Positions 50,201 to 57,811 are shown, counted from the first letter of the stretch. The stretch is 64,000 nt of DNA from an uncultured Corynebacterium sp. (GCA_946220775.1 CAMIFC010000001.1:30260-94259), one strand, 5' to 3'. Notes: generated from the letters alone by a model not told the origin. A program made the numbers and translations.

Positions 50201-50868
50201 CGGCATTGGGCGTGTCGGCGGATGACATCACTGTGGTGTCCAAGCACGACACCTCGACCAACGCTAACGATCCGAACGAGTCCGACCTGCATACTCGCCT
50301 GGCCAACCAGCTGGGCCGTACCCCGGGTAACCCGATGTACGTGGTGTCTCAGAAGACCCTGACCGGCCATGCCAAGGGCGGCGCCGCGGTATTCCAGGTC
50401 GCTGGCTTGGTGGACATGTTCCGCACTGGTCGGGTGCCAGCTAACAAGGCGCTGGACTGCGTTGACCCAGAGATGAAGACCGCGGAGCATTTCGTGTGGC
50501 TGCGCGAGCCGTTGCAGGCGCCGACCGCAATTAAGGCTGGTCTGGTGACGTCCCTGGGCTTCGGACACGTGTCCGCTGTAGTCGCCCTGGTTCACCCGGC
50601 CGCGTTCGAGGCAGTTCTGGCCGCCGAGCGTGGGCAGGACGCAGCTGCAACATGGCGGGAACGCGCCAACGGCCGTCTGACCGCTGGTGCCCGCCACGTC
50701 GAGGCCGGAATGCTGGGTCGCCGCGAACTGTTCACCCGCATCGACGATCGTCGCTTTGCTAGCGCCGATCACGACGCGGACACCATCGGCGATGCCGAGG
50801 CAGCAATGCTGCTCGACCCGAACGCCCGACTGGGTGAGGATGGGCTGTATGCCAACTACACCAAGTAA
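41284..50868 (+). CDS. fas: type I fatty-acid synthase, single 3194-aa polypeptide (AT-ER-DH-MPT-ACP-KR-KS)
   Basis: Acyltransferase GHSQG near residue 160, malonyl/palmitoyl transferase GHSLGEY, ACP phosphopantetheine site LGLSS, KR Rossmann GMAPNSIAGG, KS active site GACATAA; ATG at 41284 preceded by AAGGGAAG. Confidence 0.95.
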   Translation: MTTSSVTPSSVTNNSSASSADAASFLDTLNSGAPYALVFAGQASPWQESLREQLLDPTLTSQIDGLIRDSDQLLAPLATRLAAIGGAGLTTHQLQATDHPYDAVLSVPGIVASQVAQIQAISWSGLDFSSTPPVAVLGHSQGVLAVAYAKARLKLTGLGDKKAADELSPAQVFAIARLIGAAASRTARHAGVSGYPSHGPALGAADSDEQQATPMLAINGATAEQVKPIIDQATAEGSSVRLALVNARTSLVVSGKPSDLENFKDTLAVAETRYNKTRTDKLRGGAPLAITTEYLPVTVPFHNELMEPAVQQTIEWAQACDLSAEAAEKLARAVLTDHIDWPAQIREALDADAKWFLDVGPGTAVGTLVHTTLEGTGAGVVPLGDLDDIDQMCAPGEQPSTTADWSAWAPKLIHTAAGPKVETAFTRLTGNSPVMLAGMTPTTVDPEIVSAAANAGYWAELAGGGQVTEPVFAKHLAQLREQLEPGRTAKFNAMFMDRYLWNLHFGAQRIVTKARQSGAPIDGVVITAGIPELDEAPELIAELQGAGFRYIAFKPGTTTQIASVLAIARVLEDTDTTVIMQVEDGHAGGHHSWETLSDLLLATYAGIREQSNVVLCVGGGIGTPDKAADYITGQWSVEHGVPAMPVDGVLTGTAAMTAKEARTTESVKDLLVATDGVPVEDNDGWVGRGKSNGGMTSGMSHLRADLYEIDNAAARCARLIMEVEGDSARVAARRDELIEAMNQTAKPYFGDLEDMTYAQVVNRFVELSFPFVDPSWQQRFWELLQRVEARLSDADHGPVATMFASVDEVSDAKATADKLLSAFPEAEKFYLTAQDVAWFVALCRKYPKPMGFVPRLDDDLLRWWGQDSLWQAQDPRYTADQVRIIPGPMSVRGIKSKNEPIAELLGRFDAEVRAQVAEVASEEKERVSRLASAENDEELLRAVPFISWMGHLIDNPANLLDRDAVDIEFDEVDGKRTATLRIKLDTYWDDAPDSVAQASFAVRELTFPLLLTDALADGGVPVIDQERLPDAMFAQLAGTAGVGNTAVTGEKITDLPTIESSERSESGEAHYSFTLSADLGADHTSVTGTALGSQSDLIVPDALLGPCWPAIYAALGSAQVNDYPVIAGLLNAVHLDHRTHMIVPVTELADKLSGATVNVTSWADAVEESASGRVVQVNLELAIEGETIATMVERFAIRGRAFGTNLPADPPLAGGIDAQVEDTPRSTLLRAVAKAPSDMTPFAWVSGDFNPIHTSHAAAKVAGLEAPLVHGMWLSAVAQHAAAAAAGAPGDDRRFRLLGWTYRMFGLVQLDEEVQVSVERVGRINGGGLVLEVNCRVGEQLVSQATAITDVPRTAYVYPGQGIQSAGMGLDERTKSQATAAVWDRADAHTREALGFSILAVVRDNPTTLVAGGQTFRHPEGVLNLTQFTQVALATLAFAQTARLREAGALNDGAFFAGHSLGEYNALSAYADSLDLETVLELVFHRGTTMHNLVPRDEQGRSNYRMGALRPNQFGVGDDGVREYVASVAEKTGEFLEIVNFNLEGQQYAVAGTVAGVKALEKDANQRSVEAGGKGAFMLVPGIDVPFHSAVLHDGVPDFRAKLQELVPQTIDPTVLVGRYIPNLVARPFELTEDFLKSILDVVPSEPVQKIADEWADWSAKLADDAQCDAAAQELTRELLIELLCWQFASPVRWIETQSLLLGAKSNGPNIDAATSGATPVEEYIEIGLGAAPTLANLGAKTLSLPGFANSLSIVRNVQRDEAAVYHEDVRTIDLPESTDLEDSTASAEELVADQASEAGAVADAEAAGDMDNAPAQAQEPAAPAAAPAAAMPAAPAGNAADNPELDFTAADALRTLLAYAAKVRLDQVGDADTTGSLTNGVSSRLNQLLMDMSAELGLSSVEGAAEADVATLSATVNKAAFNYKPFGPVLSEAIKDRVRKLFGAAGAKQSLIAEHVESEWGLSAGWAAHATATILLSTREGASTRGGDLATLAAAPGGAAPTNKAGVLALIDEAIQETASARGLAVAKKSAGAAGGGAAVDSAALDAFEDKVIGDRGILANSARALLGQLGLNQPVAEDFDHSEASETQAVLDAVAEELGSNWPSLVAPVFDEARAVLIDDRWATAREDVARIAAGEFDSEAATGEGLPNFTGTGAIVARQARWWVDNLASELSNVIDADTLAARKRTLETVVEQAEDTSVGEYAGKIAVVTGMAPNSIAGGVVERLLAGGATVVATASRISESRLSYAKNLVRNHGRDGAALWLVPANLASYRDVDALVNWIGSEQSETVGSETKVIKPVFVPDLYFPFAAPPVMGTAQDAGAATEHQTRLLLWSVERSMTALAQIGSDYDVDHRLHVVLPGSPNRGTFGGDGAYGETKAAFDAIANKWAVEPWSAQITLAHPRIGWVAGTGLMGGNDPLVDVAKAKGVHVWSPQEISENLLELCTEDALIQARTEVLESDLTGGLGNISLPALAAEAAAESTTSGAADAAAGDGLASEEKTTPATVMALPTPAQKLQPQLAGDWGTTTATLEDTYVIVGLGEVSPWGSGRTRFEAEYGVQTSGDVDLTAAGVLELAWMTGLLTWKESPKAGWYDDNDELVDEADIYARFRDEVIARSGVREFITDAAIDGAADGETGPHGEWPNSPEAVEMFLDRDVTFSVDTEDEARQLVEADPQFTVATFVTDDDGSGEWQITRTAGARARVPRRATLARRVGGQFPTDFAPARWGIPQDMVDSMDRMAVWNLVTTVDAYLSAGFSPAEILQAVHPSEVAMTQGTGFGGMTSMRRLFVERFLGEDIPSDILQETLPNVIAAHTMQSFVGGYGAMIHPVGACATAAVSIEEGVDKMACGKADFVVAGAVDDISVESITGFANMNATADSTAMSAKGIDDGFFSRANDRRRGGFVEAQGGGTVLLTRGSIAAKLGLPVFGVVGYAQSFADGVHTSIPAPGLGALAAARGGKDSRLARSLAALGVSADDITVVSKHDTSTNANDPNESDLHTRLANQLGRTPGNPMYVVSQKTLTGHAKGGAAVFQVAGLVDMFRTGRVPANKALDCVDPEMKTAEHFVWLREPLQAPTAIKAGLVTSLGFGHVSAVVALVHPAAFEAVLAAERGQDAAATWRERANGRLTAGARHVEAGMLGRRELFTRIDDRRFASADHDADTIGDAEAAMLLDPNARLGEDGLYANYTK

Positions 50869-50923
50869 TGGTGAGGCTGGCGGCGGCTCGGCTGGTGCAA
50901 ATCAGCCCGGGGAGAGCTCCGCG

Positions 50924-51376
50924 GTGCTCGTAGGCGCAGGGATCGACCTGGTCCACGTGCCGAGCTTCGCCGAGCAGTTCGCGGTTCCTGGGAGCCGGTT
51001 CGCCGAGGTATTTTCCCCGGCGGAGCGACGCCTGGTGCGGCGCCGTGCAGCGACCAGTGGAGCGGAGGCTGAGCATTTGGCGGCCCGATGGGCGGCCAAG
51101 GAGGCCTTCGTGAAGGCGTGGTCCGTGGCGATTCTGGGCAGCCCGCCAGTGATCGCCCCCGTGGATTTCCCCTGGGCTCAGGTGGAACTGCTGAGCGATC
51201 AGTGGAACCGGCCGCGGTTGAACCTGACGGGTGAACTGGCTGGCATGCTGAATACATCTCTGCAACGTGATTGTGCGCTCGCGGGAGGGCGCGCAGGCAC
51301 GGCGTACCTGGTGGCGAGTGTGACCCACGATGGGGATTACGCGCAAGGAAGCGTGCATGTGATGTGGTATAGCTAG
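50924..51376 (+). CDS. acpS: holo-[acyl-carrier-protein] synthase (4'-phosphopantetheinyl transferase)
   Basis: AcpS N-terminus VGAGIDLVHV and WAAKEAFVKAW; GTG start 56 nt after the fas stop, in a different frame. Confidence 0.8.
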   Translation: MLVGAGIDLVHVPSFAEQFAVPGSRFAEVFSPAERRLVRRRAATSGAEAEHLAARWAAKEAFVKAWSVAILGSPPVIAPVDFPWAQVELLSDQWNRPRLNLTGELAGMLNTSLQRDCALAGGRAGTAYLVASVTHDGDYAQGSVHVMWYS

Positions 51377-51398
51377 CCGCAGTTGGCCACGTAGTCAG

Positions 51399-51447
51399 CG
51401 GGGTGGTGCCGAGAACAACTCGGTCCCACCCCGTTTTTGTTGTGTTT
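51399..51447 (+). terminator. rho-independent terminator after fas-acpS
   Basis: GGGGTGGTGCCGAG-aacaa-CTCGGTCCCACCCC hairpin followed by GTTTTTGTTGTGTTT. Confidence 0.65.
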
Positions 51448-51708
51448 CTATCGCTGTGAGCTGGCCTTTTACGTGACCTTCATTACATAAGTTGTGTTGG
51501 GTAGGAAACAATCGGGGGTGGCGTTGTCTGATTGAAAGATAACTACATTTTTTCCCACCGACGCCGTGACCTGTTTCTTTACTAAAATGGATCTACATTT
51601 ATTGGGGGTAATTGGGGCTGTGACCTGCGAAACTCTCGTGGATTCTGGTTGGCGATCTCGCCTAGCGTGATGGGCGTTCACAACACGACATCCCACAGAG
51701 GAGTTTTC

Positions 51709-51831
51709 ATGTTCTTCATTCGCGAAGCTGCATCCATGGCCGAGTTCGGTACCTATATCTTTGGTGATGATGGCGCCCTGACCATCGAGGTCGACAACTC
51801 CGATCGTCTCTCTGGCGACATGTTGGCATAG
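51709..51831 (+). CDS. standalone 40-aa acidic small protein (MFFIREAASMAEFGTYIFGDDGALTIEVDNSDRLSGDMLA)
   Basis: ATG preceded by AGAGGAG at a 6-nt spacing; GC-rich third positions consistent with coding; an intrinsic terminator follows immediately. Confidence 0.5.
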   Translation: MFFIREAASMAEFGTYIFGDDGALTIEVDNSDRLSGDMLA

Positions 51832-51840
51832 TCTGCGGTA

Positions 51841-51890
51841 CGCGAAATCTTCGGCGGGACCACTCAAAGGTCCCGCCTTTCGCGTTTCTA
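51841..51890 (+). terminator. rho-independent terminator after the small ORF
   Basis: CGCGAAA..GGCGGGACC-actcaaa-GGTCCCGCC..TTTCGCG extended hairpin followed by a T-rich tract. Confidence 0.6.
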
Positions 51891-51906
51891 TCCTCGTTTT
51901 TTAGGA

Positions 51907-51926
51907 CGCCAAACCGTTCATCCTCC
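51907..51926 (+). repeat. motif copy TTTTTTAGGACGCCAAACCG
   Basis: Immediately after the small-ORF terminator, 55 bp upstream of the exonuclease gene. Confidence 0.55.
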
Positions 51927-51980
51927 CACTGGTAGCGCAAGCGCCAAGTGTTGTCCGGAGCGCCGGTTAGAGTGATAAGC

Positions 51981-52688
51981 ATGAACCAACCAGCGAATAA
52001 TTCCACGCAGCATTTCAACCCCGGCCATATGCTCAGCTTTGATCTCGAGACCACCGGAACTGATCCACTGACAGCCCGCATTGTCACGAGTGCCATGGTG
52101 ACCATCAAGGGTCGGGACGTGCAGGATAAAGAACTGCTCGCCGATCCTGGCGTCGAAATTCCCGAGGGGGCGGCCGCGGTCCACGGGATCACGACGGAGT
52201 ACGCCCGGGAACACGGACGTCCGCATGATGAAGTCTTGGCCGAAACCATCGAGGCCATTAGGGCGGGGTGGCGGGCCGGTGCCACGTTGATCGTCTACAA
52301 CGCGGCATATGACCTGTCCATCCTGCGCGCGCAAGACCCTAGCTTTACCGTCGATGGGCTCGTGTTTGACCCCTATGTGGTCGACCGGAAGATGAACAAG
52401 TTCCGTAAGGGCAAGCGCACCCTGGAGAAGGTGTGTGAGGCCTATAAGGTGTCGCTGGATAATGCGCACGAGGCCACAGCAGACGCCATTGCTGCGGCAC
52501 GTGTGGCGTGGAAGATCGCTCGCGAGCATCCAGAGCTCACCCAAATGACTGCCGACGAGCTCATGCTGGCGCAGTCCACCTGGCACTATGAGGCGCAGAC
52601 GAGTCTCGCGGAGTACTTCCGCTCACGAGGGCGTGATACGAACGTCAACACCAGCTGGCCACTTCAGGAAGGGGAGCCCGCGTCGTAA
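51981..52688 (+). CDS. DnaQ-like 3'-5' exonuclease (DEDDh family)
   Basis: Exo I FDLETTG, Exo II YNAAYDLS, Exo III HEATADAIAAARV. Confidence 0.75.
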   Translation: MNQPANNSTQHFNPGHMLSFDLETTGTDPLTARIVTSAMVTIKGRDVQDKELLADPGVEIPEGAAAVHGITTEYAREHGRPHDEVLAETIEAIRAGWRAGATLIVYNAAYDLSILRAQDPSFTVDGLVFDPYVVDRKMNKFRKGKRTLEKVCEAYKVSLDNAHEATADAIAAARVAWKIAREHPELTQMTADELMLAQSTWHYEAQTSLAEYFRSRGRDTNVNTSWPLQEGEPAS

Positions 52689-52705
52689 CCGCAGATTAAG
52701 CTGCC

Positions 52706-52711
52706 TATAAT
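52706..52711 (+). promoter_or_regulatory. candidate -10 box (TATAAT) 8 nt upstream of the ilvA ATG; likely leaderless ilvA transcript
   Basis: A perfect TATAAT ends 8 nt before the ATG at 52720, and there is no Shine-Dalgarno sequence. Confidence 0.45.
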
Positions 52712-52719
52712 TATTTGGC

Positions 52720-54258
52720 ATGTCCACTTCACAACCAGCAACTGCTGCTGACTATCTGCGCAAGATTGTCGCTGCACCCGTATATCGCGCGGCAAAACAC
52801 ACACCTATCAATCCGATGCCGGGGCTGACTTCCCGAATTAGTAACAATGTGCTGGTCAAGCGTGAAGATCTGCAAGAAGTGCACAGCTTCAAGATCCGCG
52901 GTGCGTTCAACCGCATGGCACAGCTGACGGAAGCGGAAAAGCGCGCCGGGGTCATCGCGGCGTCCGCCGGCAACCACGCACAGGGGGTGGCACTGTCCGG
53001 CCGCGAGCTGGGTGTGCAGACCACCATCGTGATGCCGGTGATCACCCCACAAATCAAGATCGAGGCCGTGCAAGGCTACGGCGGCACGGTATTACTGCAC
53101 GGGGCGAACTTCGACGAGTCCAAAGCCAAGGCGATGGAGCTGGCAGAGTCCGAGGGGATGACCTTCGTCCACCCATTCGATGACGAAGCCGTGATCGCCG
53201 GTCAGGGCACTATCGGTCTGGAAATCTTCCAAGACGTCCCCGACGTTGACCGGGTGTTTGTCCCCATCGGTGGTGGCGGTCTGGCTGCTGGTGTGGCTGT
53301 GCTGCTCAAGCAGCTCAACCCAGACATCGAGGTCATCGGTGTGGAGCCGGAAGAATCTGCTTGCTACGCGGAAGCCGTCAAGCAGGGCGCACCGGTGGAG
53401 CTTGCCCGGACAAGCCTGTTTGCCGAAGGCGTGGCGGTGAAGCGGATTGGTGACGAAAACTTCCGGCTGCTGCAGGAATTCTTCGATGAGGTCATTACCG
53501 TCAGCTCGGATGAAATCAGTGCGGCGATCAAGGACGTCTTTGACGACACCCGCGCCATCGCGGAACCTGCGGGTGCTGTGGCGCTTGCTGGCCTGAAGCG
53601 TTACGTAGCCACGAACAACATCATGGGTGAAACTCTGGTTCATGTTGTGTCTGGCGCTAACGTGAACTTCCACTCTCTGCGCTATGTGTCGGAGCGTGCG
53701 GAGTTGGGCGAGGGCAGCGAGGCGATCTTTGGTGTGACCATTCCCGAGGCCAAGGGCGCCTTCTTGGACTTCTGCAACGTCCTGGGCAACCGCGCCGTCA
53801 CGGAGTTCAGCTACCGAGTGGGGGAGCAGGACCTGCCCGCCAAGATCTTCGTGGGTGTTCAGCTCAAGGGTGGAGACTCCGAACGGCAGGCCATCCTCGC
53901 CGACCTCGAGGCAGCAGACTACGGGGTCGTGGACCTATCCGATGATGATGTGGCCAAGGAACACGTGCGCTACATGATCGGTGGCCAGCCACCGAAGTCG
54001 GTTAATGAGAACGTCTTTGCGTTCGAGTTCCCAGAGCACCCCGGCGCACTGATGCGTTTCCTAGAGATCCTGGGAACGCGTTGGAATGTGTCGGCCTTCC
54101 ACTACCGCAGCTTCGGTATGGACTACGGGCGCATCTTGGCGGCGTTTGAAAACGTTGCGGATGACCCGGAATTCGAGGAGCACGTGGACAAACTGGGCTA
54201 CCACGCCACCGACGTCTCAGACAGTCCGGCGTACCGATTCTTCCTGCAGAACCAGTAG
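52720..54258 (+). CDS. ilvA: biosynthetic threonine dehydratase, long form with two C-terminal regulatory domains
   Basis: PLP Lys motif SFKIRGA, glycine-rich loop, and about 190 aa of C-terminal ACT-like regulatory region. Confidence 0.9.
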   Translation: MSTSQPATAADYLRKIVAAPVYRAAKHTPINPMPGLTSRISNNVLVKREDLQEVHSFKIRGAFNRMAQLTEAEKRAGVIAASAGNHAQGVALSGRELGVQTTIVMPVITPQIKIEAVQGYGGTVLLHGANFDESKAKAMELAESEGMTFVHPFDDEAVIAGQGTIGLEIFQDVPDVDRVFVPIGGGGLAAGVAVLLKQLNPDIEVIGVEPEESACYAEAVKQGAPVELARTSLFAEGVAVKRIGDENFRLLQEFFDEVITVSSDEISAAIKDVFDDTRAIAEPAGAVALAGLKRYVATNNIMGETLVHVVSGANVNFHSLRYVSERAELGEGSEAIFGVTIPEAKGAFLDFCNVLGNRAVTEFSYRVGEQDLPAKIFVGVQLKGGDSERQAILADLEAADYGVVDLSDDDVAKEHVRYMIGGQPPKSVNENVFAFEFPEHPGALMRFLEILGTRWNVSAFHYRSFGMDYGRILAAFENVADDPEFEEHVDKLGYHATDVSDSPAYRFFLQNQ

Positions 54259-54297
54259 GCGTTACTGGCGGGGAGCCCAGCGCCGGTTCGGCGCAGG

Positions 54298-54978
54298 CTA
54301 GGAGAAGAAAGCACCAACTATCGCGCCGAGCTGGCGCAGGTGCTCAACTTCAGACAACAGGAAGTCCGGGCCACCCGGACGGCCGATCATGAGGAGCAAA
54401 CTGGTGCCCTCGATCGGGGTTGCAGCCAACGCGGAATCCATGACCTTCCACGAATCGGGGATCCACTCTTCCGTTTCCCCATCGAGTACTCGGGCTTCCG
54501 TGACCGGAGCATTCGCGAGCTCCTGGCCATTATCTTCCGGTGCCGCCGAGGACGCCGACACACGATGTGTCGTCGGTTGGGTATCGAGTACGATCGTCCA
54601 GCCTGCCGACATGGATTTCGGCAGGCTGGCCATCAGCGCATCCAGCGCCGACTGGCGGTTATGCCTGACGTGAGCCACGTGGGCGAGCATCTGAACCTGG
54701 CCACGTCGGTCGATCGTTCCGGAAAACGGGCGGATGGAATCGACATACACGCCATCGAGCTCCTGTGCTGCGGTGATCAGCGCATCCGGCAGATGACCGG
54801 CAGGCAGGTCTACAACGATGTCGTCAATAACGGTGGGGAGCCCGCCGACAGTGTCGGCTTCGTCCAATCCCACAATGTCAACGCCACGAATATCGGCGTC
54901 CACAGAGCCCAGTGCTTCCGCGACCTTTCCCAGGGCGCCGGGGGAATCGGGCATGCGAACGCGCATCAAGAATGACAT
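54298..54978 (-). CDS. ACT-domain protein (Rv3013-like), divergent from gatC
   Basis: N-terminal ACT domain MSFLMRVRMPDSPGALGKVAEALG; start tentatively at ATG 54978, giving 226 aa rather than the 288 aa of the ORF-track translation; an alternative ATG lies at 55035. Confidence 0.7.
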   Translation of the reverse strand: MSFLMRVRMPDSPGALGKVAEALGSVDADIRGVDIVGLDEADTVGGLPTVIDDIVVDLPAGHLPDALITAAQELDGVYVDSIRPFSGTIDRRGQVQMLAHVAHVRHNRQSALDALMASLPKSMSAGWTIVLDTQPTTHRVSASSAAPEDNGQELANAPVTEARVLDGETEEWIPDSWKVMDSALAATPIEGTSLLLMIGRPGGPDFLLSEVEHLRQLGAIVGAFFS

Positions 54979-55087
54979 GACTCGATAGTCTAACGTGTCC
55001 ACGAAACTAATTGTGGGAAACCAGGACATGTTCATGTTGCGCCCCTTGCGATGGGGTAGGGCGCACCTCTTGACTAGAGTGGTGCGT

Positions 55088-55393
55088 ATGTCTGAAATTT
55101 CCCGCGACAATGTTGCCCACTTGGCCCGGCTGGCGCGCCTCGATCTGACCGAGGACGAGCTCAAAGAATTCGCTACTCAGATCGATGACATCGTCGAGCA
55201 TGTGGCCGCAATCGGAGAAGTCGATACCGAAGGCGTTGAACCGCTGAGTCACCCAACACAGAATGTCGACGGCGCGGTGTCTGAGATGCGCGAAGACGTG
55301 GTCATCCCGAGCCTCACCGCCGAACAAGCTCTGGATCAAGCCCCAGCTGTACAGGATCAGCGCTTCCAGGTTCCGCAAATCCTGGCTGATTAA
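55088..55393 (+). CDS. gatC: Asp-tRNA(Asn)/Glu-tRNA(Gln) amidotransferase subunit C
   Basis: MSEISRDNVAHLARLARLDLTEDEL is the canonical GatC N-terminus; 101 aa. Confidence 0.85.
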   Translation: MSEISRDNVAHLARLARLDLTEDELKEFATQIDDIVEHVAAIGEVDTEGVEPLSHPTQNVDGAVSEMREDVVIPSLTAEQALDQAPAVQDQRFQVPQILAD

Positions 55394-55460
55394 TCGGTGG
55401 TGCCCGGTCGGCACTCCGTGAACTCAACGATTTAGACTCGATAATTTCCAAAGGACAATC

Positions 55461-56969
55461 ATGACTGAACCACAGCGCCTCACCGTCGGGGAGCGCACCG
55501 ATTCCGATTTGACGACATGGACCGCAGCTGAGCTCGCCGAAAAGATTCATTCGCGGGAAATTAGCTCTGCCGAGGTCACCCAGGCTCACCTCGATCGCAT
55601 CGAGGCGACGAACGAAAAGCTGAACTCTTTCCTTTACGTCGGTGCTGACGAGGCACTGGCAGCTGCTCACAACGTGGACTCCGCACTGGCTGCCGGGGAT
55701 TCCCCAACATCCGCGCTAGCTGGTGTGCCGATCGCTTTGAAAGACGCGTTCGTCACGACAGACGCCCCGACGACCGCAGGTTCGAAGATGCTCGAGGGCT
55801 ACATGAGCCCTTACGACTCAACGGTCACGCTGGCTCTGCGCAAGGCTGGCATTCCTGTGCTGGGTAAGACGAACCTCGATGAGTTCGCCATGGGATCCTC
55901 GACGGAGAACTCCGCTTATGGCCCAACACTCAACCCATGGGACCTGGACCGTACCCCAGGCGGCTCGGGCGGCGGCTCGGCGGCGGCGCTGGCTTCGGGC
56001 CAGGCACCGCTGGCAGTTGGTTCGGACACTGGTGGTTCGATCCGCCAACCAGCAGCACTGACCAACACCGTCGGCGTGAAGCCGACCTACGGCACGGTCT
56101 CTCGCTACGGCTTGGTCGCCTGCGCGTCCTCGCTGGACCAGGGCGGCCCGACCGCGCGCACCGTGCTGGATACCGCGCTTCTGCACGCTATCCTTGCCGG
56201 CCACGATAAGAATGACGCCACCTCGTCGCACCGGGACATCCCAGACGTCGTTGGTGCTGCGAAGCAGGGAGCTTCCGGCGACCTGAAGGGTGTGAAGGTC
56301 GGTGTGGTCAAGCAATTCGACCGCGCTGAGGAGCTCCAGCCGGGTGTGAAGGAAACCTACCGCGCCAACCTGGAACAGCTGAAGAGCCAGGGCGCCGAGC
56401 TGGTGGAGGTCGATTGCCCGAGCTTCGACCATGCCCTGAATGCGTACTACCTGATCATGCCGTCGGAGGTGTCCTCGAACCTCGCTCGCTTCGATGGCAT
56501 GCGCTTTGGCAAGCGCGTCGGTGATGACGGCACCCGGTCCGCAGACGAGGTCATGAGTCTGACCCGCGCGCAGGGCTTTGGTCCAGAGGTCAAGCGACGC
56601 ATCATGCTGGGCACTTACGCCCTGTCCGTCGGCTACTACGACGCCTACTACCTGCAGGCGCAGCGCGTCCGTAACCTCATCGCGCAGGATTTTGCCAAGG
56701 CCTACGAGCAGGTGGACGTCATCGCCGCACCAACCACGCCAACCACGGCGTTCAAGTTGGGCGAGAAGATCGAAGATCCGCTGCAGATGTACCTGTTCGA
56801 CCTGTTCACCCTGCCGCTGAACCTGGCTGGCGTGTGTGGCATGTCGGTGCCGGGTGGCTTTGCTCCGGACACGAACCTGCCAACCGGCCTGCAGCTGATG
56901 GGGCCAGCTCACGGCGATGATCGCCTGTACCGGGTTGGTGCCGCGTTCGAGGCCGGTCGCCGCAACTAA
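55461..56969 (+). CDS. gatA: Asp-tRNA(Asn)/Glu-tRNA(Gln) amidotransferase subunit A
   Basis: Amidase signature (GGSSGGSAAA-like [12 protein letters not shown]) and Ser-cisSer-Lys triad region. Confidence 0.95.
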   Translation: MTEPQRLTVGERTDSDLTTWTAAELAEKIHSREISSAEVTQAHLDRIEATNEKLNSFLYVGADEALAAAHNVDSALAAGDSPTSALAGVPIALKDAFVTTDAPTTAGSKMLEGYMSPYDSTVTLALRKAGIPVLGKTNLDEFAMGSSTENSAYGPTLNPWDLDRTPGGSGGGSAAALASGQAPLAVGSDTGGSIRQPAALTNTVGVKPTYGTVSRYGLVACASSLDQGGPTARTVLDTALLHAILAGHDKNDATSSHRDIPDVVGAAKQGASGDLKGVKVGVVKQFDRAEELQPGVKETYRANLEQLKSQGAELVEVDCPSFDHALNAYYLIMPSEVSSNLARFDGMRFGKRVGDDGTRSADEVMSLTRAQGFGPEVKRRIMLGTYALSVGYYDAYYLQAQRVRNLIAQDFAKAYEQVDVIAAPTTPTTAFKLGEKIEDPLQMYLFDLFTLPLNLAGVCGMSVPGGFAPDTNLPTGLQLMGPAHGDDRLYRVGAAFEAGRRN

Positions 56970-57041
56970 GCTGTCGTCGGCGCTCGTCATGAGCGCCAGG
57001 GGTGCCCGTCGCCTCTAGCAGCGGGCAATCACCGACCGCGT

Positions 57042-57752
57042 ATGCTGGTCGGCATGATGTACACCGGTGATGGTTGGGCAATTGGTGCCGATGGTTCGCG
57101 GCGCTGGGGAACTCTGGGCGCCGCGGGACTGTTGCTATACACCGTTGATCCCGACGAGCCTGAACGGTTGCTGGTGCTGATGCAGCACCGCGCACCGTGG
57201 ACCAACCGGGGGGATACGTGGGCGCTGCCCGGAGGCGCGATTGACGTGGGAGAGAGCGTCGAAGAAGGTGCGCTGCGTGAAACATGGGAGGAAACCGGCG
57301 TCAACCCGTCGGACGTCATGGTTGATCGCACGATCGTCACTACCCGGATTCCGCTGAAACACACGCTTCGTCGCGTTCCCATCGAGCCAGAGGACGAGCC
57401 ACTGCTCGACCCGATCAAGTCCATGATTGAGCGCGATGGCGACGTGGCGCAGGCGCTCCGGGATCATCCGATAATTCACCCGGAGCACGGCGGTCGTGCC
57501 GTGTTCGGCCTGGGTGCGCGATTCTGGTGGGAGATTCCGGACGCCACCGCGGCGGAGTGGACATATTCCACTGTCATCGGACATGCGTCGAAGCCCTTAG
57601 AGCTGAATCCAACGGAGGAGTCGCAGGATCTGACTTGGTGGCCTCTCGACACTCTTGAGGAGCTTAACCTCATGCCGGATTTCTTGGAGGATGTTCCCAT
57701 GCTTCGTAAGGCCGTGACCGAGACCGCGAAGCAGCGGGGGATACTTAATTAG
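57042..57752 (+). CDS. NUDIX-family hydrolase
   Basis: Nudix box GGAIDVGESVEEGALRETWEETGV. Confidence 0.7.
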   Translation: MLVGMMYTGDGWAIGADGSRRWGTLGAAGLLLYTVDPDEPERLLVLMQHRAPWTNRGDTWALPGGAIDVGESVEEGALRETWEETGVNPSDVMVDRTIVTTRIPLKHTLRRVPIEPEDEPLLDPIKSMIERDGDVAQALRDHPIIHPEHGGRAVFGLGARFWWEIPDATAAEWTYSTVIGHASKPLELNPTEESQDLTWWPLDTLEELNLMPDFLEDVPMLRKAVTETAKQRGILN

Positions 57753-57811
57753 GAATAGCCCGCGGCTAAGTTCGCGCTGCGCATTCGTCGGAAATCATTA
57801 AAGTAAAGACT

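Noticed and set aside
51649-51708. Longer 60-aa version of the small ORF starting at TTG 51649
   Set aside because: No RBS for the TTG/GTG/ATG upstream starts, whereas the internal ATG at 51709 has a near-consensus SD. The 40-aa form is preferred.
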